64,000 nucleotides of DNA, taken from Candidatus Latescibacterota bacterium. GTDB lineage: Bacteria > Latescibacterota > UBA2968 > UBA8231. The translations under genes were made by a program, and so were the position numbers. Shown in pieces: positions 18,518-26,707 of this stretch. The stretch is from the NCBI GenBank assembly GCA_965203175.1, contig OZ241867.1, forward strand, positions 6,080,001 through 6,144,000. Direction: 5' to 3'. Numbering within the stretch: the stretch's first letter is position 1; each line of letters begins with the position of its first letter. Under the pieces are notes generated by a model. That model was not told the DNA's origin, did not search any database, and worked only from the letters and a program-made list of their open reading frames with translations.

Positions 18518-21238
18518 ATGAGAATGTCGCACAGTGCTGTCTTATTGACGCTGGGCCTCCTAATCGGCATCGCGGATCAGGCTCGCGCACAAACCTACGG
18601 TAACCGTCTGGGCGTCCAGAGGGGGGGGCGCACCACCTTTGAGCCACAGGGAGCGGGCGTGCTCTTTGACGCTTTGGACCCGGCGGTGCGCCGCTGGTAC
18701 ATCCCGCAGGAACTCTACAACGAGTACCGGTGGCAGCAGTGGGAGTACTCTAACTACGCCCGCCAGCACTACCAGCGCTATGTCGATACCGCCCTTGAAG
18801 GCGACTACTTCTACGACTTCTTCGGCAACTTCGTCGGGCGGGGCTGGCTCATCTACAACAACGACCAACGCCAGCCCCTGCAGAAAGGCAATCAGCTCTT
18901 CAAAGACGATCGCTTCCGTAGCTGGTTCAGCAACGTAGTAATCGCCTCCGACGCCAAGGGCCAGTACCACTATGCACTGACCATTGCCAACGGCCTGCGC
19001 ACCACCCTGACGCCGATGACCTTCTCCAAACCGGATTTTGATGGCGTCCAATTCGACATCGCCACCGATAAGTACATGCTAACCGCCCTTTATTCGCGGC
19101 TGAGCGAGTCGGGCGGTTCTTCGACCTTTGCCGAAGGCATCAACCGCACTAACAACACGTCCTTGATGGGAGGGCGTACCACGGTCCAGATCGGTGACTT
19201 TACCACCTTGGGCTTCACCTTCGTCAACGCCCACCAATCCAACTCCCTCACCGAAGGCTTCGGCGGCAATCCCCTCACCGGGGAACTGACCGTTGACCAG
19301 AAGGCCGAGGCGATCGCTTGGATCGAAGTTCTGCTCAGCGACGACTCACCCGCCGACAGCGAGGGCGGGGCCGCCTTCTTCCCCGCCGGGTCCGACATCG
19401 TCATTACTTACCTCGATGGGACCCAAGTGCGCGGCAAGGAAATAGGTTTCGAGCCGATCATCGAAGGTGGATTCCCACAAGAGGGCTTCATCTCTGCCGA
19501 CGGCAACGAGCAGATCCGCTTGCGCTACGACTTCAATCGCAGCGACTACCTGCTCACCGCTCCCCAAGACAAGACCCAGATCCGCAAAGTCCAGTTCGAC
19601 TTGGTGTTGGGCAACGACTACAAGGTGCAGGTCACCTCCAACCGCCAAACCGGCCGCAATGAAGACCCCGTCTTCCTGCTAATGGCCCGCGCCGAGGGCA
19701 ACGTCAAGGACAACACCAATCTCAGAGTGGTCTCCTTTGAATACGGCCTACCGACTGCCACTTCGATTTTTGGTTTCACCGCCGAATTCAACGACATCAA
19801 GGGGTTCAATTTCTACGGCGAATTCGACAACAGTCGGGTTTACCGCAAGTACCCCTATCCGAGCAACGACCAAGGTAACACCGACCACAACACCTCGTCG
19901 GGCACATCCAACAAGCCCTCAGCCAATGCTTGGATGGCCAATCTGTCGAAGGTGGACTATCCCTTTTTCTTGTTTGGCGAGGTCTTCTACATGGATCCGG
20001 ACTACGCCACCACCGTGTACGTCGCCGAACAGGACGGGTTTATCGATTATTCCTCTGGCTATTTTGAAAACGGCGCTCCAGGCAATATCGAACGCTTCTT
20101 GGTCGACTTCGTCGAGGACAATGACGACCAGGACCGGATCCCCGATTGGGGCCGCAACGACGCATTGGTCACCGACCCAGCAGTCTTCCCCGGCTGGGAC
20201 GAGAACAACGACTTCATCCCCGATTACAACCAAAACGACAACGGCCGGGTGATCAACCTGATCCCCGACTACGAAGAGCCCTTCCTGCGGCAGCACGTCG
20301 AACGACCGGAGTTCCTCTACGGCATTGACGCCAACAACAACACTTGGGTCGATCGCTTTGAAAACGACAACCGCCCCGACTTCCCCTACCAGCGCGATCA
20401 TCGCGGCTTCAACGTCTATGTCGGCGCTCACCTAGCGCCGCAATTGCGCCTCACTGTGGGGCATCTGCGCGACGAGCTTATCACCTCTGACCAGCGCAAC
20501 TACACCTCCTATGCCATGTTGACTCTGGATATCGATCACGCCCGTTGGGGTCGTCTGCGGGTCATGGAAATGACTAAGAGCATCAAGGACGACATTGTCG
20601 ACGACCTCCTCCAGTGGAATAACCGCAATACCTTGCGCGACGACCGCAATGTCGAAGTTATTGATCCGATGCTTGGGCGCGATACCTGGTACAACGGTTT
20701 CTTCATCGGCCATACCTATACGCCCATCGCCAACCTGACCATCAAAAACTTGCTCAAATACGACCTCTGGCATCAGCGTCTCGATGACGCTGCACGAGCT
20801 TCCTTTGGCCTCGATCCCAACGAGTTCTTCTTCGGCTTCGTCAACAAAGCCGAGTACCTCCGCGAAGTCGGCACTCTGCGGCTTATGCCGCGCTGGAAGA
20901 GCGAGTTCCGGCGCCAGACCTACGACCTATTCTCGCGCCTAGGGCGCAAGGAACTGACCGAGATTTTCGGTCTCATTGCCGAGGTGCCCTTCCTCCGCAG
21001 CACCACTTTTGCTAGCGGCGTTGAATACGTGCTCTTTCGCGATTTGGACGACGACATCAACAATTTTCAGTCCTTTATCTCAGCTACCCAGATTTCCAAC
21101 GTGGCCGAGTACCAAGGATACGTGCTGACGACCCAAGTGGGTATGAAATTCGACGTGCGCGACTTCCAAGACCCAGGGCTGAAGACTCGGACCATCACCG
21201 AAGGCTTTATCACGGTTTACGCCGGTCTGGGCATTTGA
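18518..21238 (+). CDS. Large exported protein, probable outer-membrane beta-barrel with acidic Ca-binding-like loops
   Basis: Signal peptide (ARA-Q); amphipathic beta-strand pattern in the C-terminal part ending FITVYAGLGI; DNDDQD, DENND and DANNN motifs. Confidence 0.55.
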   Translation: MRMSHSAVLLTLGLLIGIADQARAQTYGNRLGVQRGGRTTFEPQGAGVLFDALDPAVRRWYIPQELYNEYRWQQWEYSNYARQHYQRYVDTALEGDYFYDFFGNFVGRGWLIYNNDQRQPLQKGNQLFKDDRFRSWFSNVVIASDAKGQYHYALTIANGLRTTLTPMTFSKPDFDGVQFDIATDKYMLTALYSRLSESGGSSTFAEGINRTNNTSLMGGRTTVQIGDFTTLGFTFVNAHQSNSLTEGFGGNPLTGELTVDQKAEAIAWIEVLLSDDSPADSEGGAAFFPAGSDIVITYLDGTQVRGKEIGFEPIIEGGFPQEGFISADGNEQIRLRYDFNRSDYLLTAPQDKTQIRKVQFDLVLGNDYKVQVTSNRQTGRNEDPVFLLMARAEGNVKDNTNLRVVSFEYGLPTATSIFGFTAEFNDIKGFNFYGEFDNSRVYRKYPYPSNDQGNTDHNTSSGTSNKPSANAWMANLSKVDYPFFLFGEVFYMDPDYATTVYVAEQDGFIDYSSGYFENGAPGNIERFLVDFVEDNDDQDRIPDWGRNDALVTDPAVFPGWDENNDFIPDYNQNDNGRVINLIPDYEEPFLRQHVERPEFLYGIDANNNTWVDRFENDNRPDFPYQRDHRGFNVYVGAHLAPQLRLTVGHLRDELITSDQRNYTSYAMLTLDIDHARWGRLRVMEMTKSIKDDIVDDLLQWNNRNTLRDDRNVEVIDPMLGRDTWYNGFFIGHTYTPIANLTIKNLLKYDLWHQRLDDAARASFGLDPNEFFFGFVNKAEYLREVGTLRLMPRWKSEFRRQTYDLFSRLGRKELTEIFGLIAEVPFLRSTTFASGVEYVLFRDLDDDINNFQSFISATQISNVAEYQGYVLTTQVGMKFDVRDFQDPGLKTRTITEGFITVYAGLGI

Positions 21239-23491
21239 TTGAGTGCGATGGGGAGATCGGGCTGGCTGGTCGGGGGGTTGCTCTGGCTCGCGGCGTTGGG
21301 GGTGCGCTTCCTCTACATAGAGCAAAGCCAGACAAGCCCCTTTTTTGACTATCCACTGGTCGATGCAAAAACCTACACGGACGCCGCTGAACGCATGGGG
21401 GTGCAAGGGCACTGGGACGGCGGGAACGCCCCCTTCTGGCAACCGCCGCTCTATCCTTACCTCCTAGGGTTTCTCTATGCGCTATTCACTCCTAGCTACT
21501 ACTTGCCCCGCCTCGTCCAAGCTGCTATTAGCGCCTGCAACTGCGTCCTGCTTTACTTGCTCGGACGCCGCCTGTTTTCTCCTAGCCTAGGGCTTGCGGC
21601 AGCCATTGCAGCAGCACTTTACGGCCCCTTGGTCTTCTTCGCAGGTGAATTCCTACCACCTCCCCTAGCCCTTTTCTTTGATCTGCTACTCTTGCTGACC
21701 CTGCCTTGGGCCATGGCCGGTCGTCCGCGTCGGCTTCTAGTCCCCGGCTTCTGTCTGGGCTTGGCTGCCCTTGCCGTGGCCAACATCCTGCTCTTTCTGC
21801 CCGCGGCCTTGCTCTGGGTGATTGTCGTGCGCCGTGCGTTGCCGTGGCCGCGGCGCTTGCTAAACGCTCTACCCTTGCTGCTAGGGGCCTCGTTGGTCAT
21901 CGCTCCCATCACTCTGCGCAATTACCTGATAGGCGACGACTTGGTGCTGATTTCCTCCAACGGGGGAATCAATTTCTACCTAGGGAACAACGCCAACTAC
22001 GAGGAGACAATCCGCATCCCACCCGGTCCAGCGTGGCGCGCCTTGGTCAGCCAACCCCGAACCGAAGCTGGGCTTACCCGGGCCTCGGACCAATCAGACT
22101 ATTTCTTCGCCCGAGCTTGGGACTTTATCAGCACAGAGCCAAGTGCTTGGCTTCTGCTCCTGCTGCGCAAGACCTATCTCTTCTGGCACGGCGATGAGAT
22201 AGGCCGCAACCAAGACCTCTACTACGCTCGCAACTTCTCCCCCTTACTATCGCTGCTATTGTGGAAGGGAATCATTGCCTTTCCCTTTGGGATCGTGGCA
22301 CCACTGGCCTTGCTCGGCATGGGGCTGGTGTGCTACAATCGGGGGCAACGCCGTGCGGAAATGGACCTTCTACTCCTCTACATAGTCGTCTACGCACTAT
22401 CCGTCATCGTATTTTTTCCGACCGCGCGCTACCGCCTGCCGATCGTACCACCCCTGCTACTTTTTGCCGCCTATGCCGTCAGCACTCTCTATTATCTTGG
22501 ACGCGAACGCGCCGGTGTGAAACTGGCTTGGGCCGGGGGCGCACTCACAGCCCTTTTAGTGGCTTGTAACTTCCGCGTCGGCCCGATGAACATGGCCGGT
22601 GACGCCGAAACCTTGCATCGGCTGGGCTTTGTCTATCAGCAAAAGGGCTTGCCGGCCAATGCTATCGCCGCCTATGAGCAAGCTCTCACTCTCGACCCAG
22701 AAATCCGCGAGGCCCGCTTCAACCTCGGGGCCTTGTACGCACGGCGGGGCCGCTACGACCGAGCCATCGCAGCCTACCAAGATTTTGTCGGCCGCTATCC
22801 GGACTATCCCGAAGCCCGCTATGCCTTGGGCAATGCCCTCTTGCACGCCGGTCGCTACGCGGAAGCGATCGTCCAATACGAAAAACTGCTCGACGCGGAT
22901 GCGGCACCAGAGCGAAAAGCAGTACAGGAGCGGCTGGCCTACGCCCATATCCAACTCGACCAGCTCGACGCGGCTGCCACCCTCTATCGCGACCTCGTCG
23001 TCCAAGCACCCGACTCGTTGCGCTTCCGCTACCAGTTGGGTCAGTTAACAGAAGCCTTGGGTCAGCAGGGCCTAGCTCGACGCGAGTACGCGGAGATCCT
23101 ACGGCGCGACTCCACCCACGTCGATGCTGGGCTCCGTCTAGCCCACCTGCTCTTGGCCACCGATGAGTCCACCGCAGCCGAGATCCAACTCAAACGCTTG
23201 GTCGCTGCCCATCCCCATTTGGTCCCCCCCCGCTGGCTTTTGGCCACCCACTACGCGGCTCAACACGAAGGCACCAAGGCCCTAGCGCAGGCGCAAGCCA
23301 TCCTCGAGATACAACCCGGACACGTGCAGGCCAACCGAATGGTCGGTCACCTGCAGGTCATCCAAGGCGACACGTTGGCAGGAGTAAAAAATCTAGATCG
23401 CTTCAAGAAGTACTACGTCAAAGAGCGCCAGCAAGCGATCCTCGAGGCGCTCAAGGACCAATGGCGTCAACAGCTCAAAGGAATGTTTTGA
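21239..23491 (+). CDS. ArnT/PMT-like (GT39/GT83-type GT-C) glycosyltransferase with C-terminal TPRs
   Basis: VDAKTY, FWQPPLYPY, NGGINFYLGN, ARYRLP, multiple TM helices, then TPRs. Start 21239 (TTG) or 21248 (ATG). Confidence 0.78.
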   Translation: MSAMGRSGWLVGGLLWLAALGVRFLYIEQSQTSPFFDYPLVDAKTYTDAAERMGVQGHWDGGNAPFWQPPLYPYLLGFLYALFTPSYYLPRLVQAAISACNCVLLYLLGRRLFSPSLGLAAAIAAALYGPLVFFAGEFLPPPLALFFDLLLLLTLPWAMAGRPRRLLVPGFCLGLAALAVANILLFLPAALLWVIVVRRALPWPRRLLNALPLLLGASLVIAPITLRNYLIGDDLVLISSNGGINFYLGNNANYEETIRIPPGPAWRALVSQPRTEAGLTRASDQSDYFFARAWDFISTEPSAWLLLLLRKTYLFWHGDEIGRNQDLYYARNFSPLLSLLLWKGIIAFPFGIVAPLALLGMGLVCYNRGQRRAEMDLLLLYIVVYALSVIVFFPTARYRLPIVPPLLLFAAYAVSTLYYLGRERAGVKLAWAGGALTALLVACNFRVGPMNMAGDAETLHRLGFVYQQKGLPANAIAAYEQALTLDPEIREARFNLGALYARRGRYDRAIAAYQDFVGRYPDYPEARYALGNALLHAGRYAEAIVQYEKLLDADAAPERKAVQERLAYAHIQLDQLDAAATLYRDLVVQAPDSLRFRYQLGQLTEALGQQGLARREYAEILRRDSTHVDAGLRLAHLLLATDESTAAEIQLKRLVAAHPHLVPPRWLLATHYAAQHEGTKALAQAQAILEIQPGHVQANRMVGHLQVIQGDTLAGVKNLDRFKKYYVKERQQAILEALKDQWRQQLKGMF

Positions 23492-23495
23492 CGAC

Positions 23496-26474
23496 TTAGT
23501 AGGCCACCGCTACCGGTACCGCCCGCCGATTGGCCTTTGAATCCCCTTTGACTTCTATGTAAATCAGATAAATCCCCGGCGGCACCACCGCACCTCCTTG
23601 GACGTGCCCGTCCCAAGAGAGCTCAGGTCGAGAGGTTCGGTCGTAGCGTCCACTTAGGTCGGCACCCTCGTAAATCGTATGCACCAAGTGCCCGCTCAGG
23701 TCAAAGACTTGTATCTGTACCTTGGCTGCGCGCGTCACGGCCACTATGTCATAGCGCAGCTCTAGCTGATCGTTGATTCCATCCCCGTTGGGCGTGAAGG
23801 GGTTAGGCTCCAAGGCGAAAGAGCCGACTAGGCTGCCCTCGGTAATGCCCGGACTCAGCACCGTGATGCCCGAAGCCGTCGGCAAGTCTCCCTCGCCCAA
23901 CAATGCGGCGTTCCCCGGTGTGATCCGCTGGATGCTTCCGGGCTGAGAGGAGAGAATGGCTTGGCCGCGGAACAGCGTGCTATAGAGCAGTACCTGCCCG
24001 CGGAAGTAGATTTTCAGCAGTCGTTCGCTCCCACCCGCGGCCGGCTCAATCTGGGGAAAACGGACGATAAAATTGCGATCCGTTATGGTTTGGATGGCAA
24101 AGGTGTCTCCCACTGCTGAGACCGTCGAATAGGGCAACTGCTGCACTTGGCCTTCCCCGGTCCGCACCATCGGTACGCCCTGCTGATCGAGGATCACATC
24201 GGCGTTTAAATCCTCCTCTAAGATGGTATCCGACCCCTCTGCAATCTCGATCCGGTCAATTCCCAAGACCCGCGTGGGCGTCAGAATTTCAAAGGTGTCG
24301 AATCCCTTGACTCCCTCGATGTTCATCAGTGCCCGTACGGCATAGGTGAAATTCACTGACTCGGAGACCTCTACTTCGCGCGGGTAGATCTCGGCGATCA
24401 AATCGTCGGCGATGGGAGGCCGCAGATACTCGATCGACAATTGCTCGACGAGCTTGGTCGCGTCGATATCGTCGTTGAGAAAGTCAATCGCAAACTGGAT
24501 ATAGCGCCGCGGCCCAGGCGAGATAATCGGGGTTCCACCTTCTCGATCTCCGCGCAAATAGGGTGCCGACCAAGGGCTCCAATTTTCTAAATCTTCCCCG
24601 ATCTCTCCCTTGTCCCATACTCGGGGTGGCACGGCCTCTAAATCGGGCACTAGGCCCAAGTACTCGTCGCGGCCTAGCTGTGCTTCTGGATCTACCAGCG
24701 AGGTGGATCGCTCGTCTTCGCCGATGCGCTGCACGTCTCTGCGGTAGTAGAGCAATGGATTGGGATCGATCCCCGTGCGGGTGCGGACTAAGATCTGCGA
24801 TGGCTCGCCGACCGTTGGTTTGGCTGCCACCCGCTTGCCAGCCGTCTGGCCGGGGTAGCGAATGATGTCCCCGGTGGTATTATCGCGGCACGCTGTCTGA
24901 AAGCACATCCACACCGTGGTATAACCCTGGCCGGGAAGGTAAAGCGAAGCAGTATCGCACTCGCCCCAGTCGTCGGGTACATCCGCCGCCGTGGAAAAAG
25001 TATCGCGTTGGGTCGTGCAGTCTTGGTTCCCCACCTCGTCGAGACCGGCGACTGTGCCACTGCGCAGGTCGATAAGGCGCGTGCGCCAGCTAATGTTGCC
25101 CCAAGTGGCCACCCCTCCCAGATCGTACACGTGGGAGACGTAGCGGCTACTGCCGATAAAACCCTGTCCATATACTTCTAATTCGTCGATCTCATAGGGG
25201 AAAGACGAGGTGGATTTGATGCGCACGAAACGCACTGGACGGGCAGGCTGTACTTGCACATCTACTACTTGGTCTTCGTTTCCGGTACTGCGCAGCAAAA
25301 TTTTGAAGTCCTCGAGCTGCGGGACCAGCCGGCCCGTGCCGTCCAGGACCAAGTCTTGGCCATCGTGGAGCAGCAGTTCAAACTGGCGGATAAAATCGTT
25401 CTGGAAGGGATACTGAGGCGCGTTCTGCACGGTGTTGCGCGGATAAAAGCGGATGCGATTGACCCCAATCGGACTGCCCAAATCCAGCACGATAAAGGTC
25501 CCTAATGCGCCGAAAATCCCCTTGCGCGAGAAGGCATCTTCAGCTCCTTCAGGCGCGATCAGTTCCAGCAAGGTCGCCTCCAAGTCGGCTGCTGCCACAT
25601 CCTTGATTGCTGGTGCGGTGATCCGCCCACCCCACCCCAGTGCCCGCTGAGCCACGTTCTCTCCCCGGGCCACGTGGTCCGGGCTTAGTCCCACTGGCAG
25701 TACCACCGGGTCGGCACCTCCAGGCAGCTTCAGCCCCTGCTGGATCGCACGCCGGGCGACCAGCTTGCCCCCTCCCGCCTGTAGCCTGCCCGGCCTACTC
25801 GTCTGGTCGCCAGTAGTCAGGTTGCGACAGATCGTCTGGTAACAATCGGCCCGTATGCCGTTTTGGAAAATCGTCTCGCAATCACCCCAATCGTCAGTGA
25901 TATCAGTGGTCGAATCAAAGCGCCGGCTCTCTTCGCGGCACTCCAGATTGGGGTCGTCGGCCTCCGTCTCTCCTTCCGCTTGGCGGACCACCTGCGTCGA
26001 ACGAATTGCGTCAACCGCTGCTTCCACTGTGTTCATTGCCTCATCCAGCGTCACCTCTGGAGCGAAATCCACCAAAATCACCGACAAAAATCCCTGCGCT
26101 GTCGTCCCAATCTGTGTCACTCCCTCCAGTGGCTCGATCTGGTCGAGCAACAACTGCTCAACCAAGGCCAGTTGTCCTGCTAGCAACTCGGGCTCGACAT
26201 CGACCACGGTCTTGACTAAGACACGCGTCGTTACAACCTGTAAATTGCTCAAGTCAATCAGATTGCCCGGCACATTGCCGACCTCAGTAAATTGCCGGTT
26301 TACCTTGTATTCAGGTAGGATCGAAACCAGATCGTCGCGAGTAGTCTCGCCCGTCCAAGAGACGTTCCCGCCGATACCGACCCGCAGGGTATCTAAAGCC
26401 GCCGTCGGCAGGACATATAGCACAGTTGCGAAAGCTGCGAGCAAAATCGAACGAAGATAGGAGGCAAAGTGCAT
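23496..26474 (-). CDS. Large exported protein with C-terminal FlgD-Ig/CHU_C-like domain (paralog 2), carrying inserted modules
   Basis: ATG 26474 gives a signal peptide; LDLG...RIRFYPR, RTRTG, WSPWS, SPGPRRY, EIYP, PNPFTPNGDGIND, ends VAVAY. Confidence 0.75.
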   Translation of the reverse strand: MHFASYLRSILLAAFATVLYVLPTAALDTLRVGIGGNVSWTGETTRDDLVSILPEYKVNRQFTEVGNVPGNLIDLSNLQVVTTRVLVKTVVDVEPELLAGQLALVEQLLLDQIEPLEGVTQIGTTAQGFLSVILVDFAPEVTLDEAMNTVEAAVDAIRSTQVVRQAEGETEADDPNLECREESRRFDSTTDITDDWGDCETIFQNGIRADCYQTICRNLTTGDQTSRPGRLQAGGGKLVARRAIQQGLKLPGGADPVVLPVGLSPDHVARGENVAQRALGWGGRITAPAIKDVAAADLEATLLELIAPEGAEDAFSRKGIFGALGTFIVLDLGSPIGVNRIRFYPRNTVQNAPQYPFQNDFIRQFELLLHDGQDLVLDGTGRLVPQLEDFKILLRSTGNEDQVVDVQVQPARPVRFVRIKSTSSFPYEIDELEVYGQGFIGSSRYVSHVYDLGGVATWGNISWRTRLIDLRSGTVAGLDEVGNQDCTTQRDTFSTAADVPDDWGECDTASLYLPGQGYTTVWMCFQTACRDNTTGDIIRYPGQTAGKRVAAKPTVGEPSQILVRTRTGIDPNPLLYYRRDVQRIGEDERSTSLVDPEAQLGRDEYLGLVPDLEAVPPRVWDKGEIGEDLENWSPWSAPYLRGDREGGTPIISPGPRRYIQFAIDFLNDDIDATKLVEQLSIEYLRPPIADDLIAEIYPREVEVSESVNFTYAVRALMNIEGVKGFDTFEILTPTRVLGIDRIEIAEGSDTILEEDLNADVILDQQGVPMVRTGEGQVQQLPYSTVSAVGDTFAIQTITDRNFIVRFPQIEPAAGGSERLLKIYFRGQVLLYSTLFRGQAILSSQPGSIQRITPGNAALLGEGDLPTASGITVLSPGITEGSLVGSFALEPNPFTPNGDGINDQLELRYDIVAVTRAAKVQIQVFDLSGHLVHTIYEGADLSGRYDRTSRPELSWDGHVQGGAVVPPGIYLIYIEVKGDSKANRRAVPVAVAY

Positions 26475-26630
26475 GTAGTGTTCACCCGGTTTGCATAGCG
26501 CACATGAGCTAAGGTGCTCCTGTAATGTAAGAAAAATCAGACGGCACATTTATATAATTTTGCTCTCGCTGCCAATCTGCTAGCTCGACCTCGTCTCTGC
26601 AGCAACCCTCGTGCCCACTGGCCTAATTTA

Positions 26631-26659
26631 TTGACAGTCCCCTAGGAGGGGGATATTCT
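26631..26659 (+). promoter_or_regulatory. Sigma70-type promoter
   Basis: TTGACA (26631-26636), 17 bp spacer, TATTCT (26654-26659), upstream of CDS 26708. Confidence 0.6.
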
Positions 26660-26707
26660 ATCCCATTCAGCAGATGTAGCTAACGGCCCGTCTTTTATAG
26701 AGGGAAT

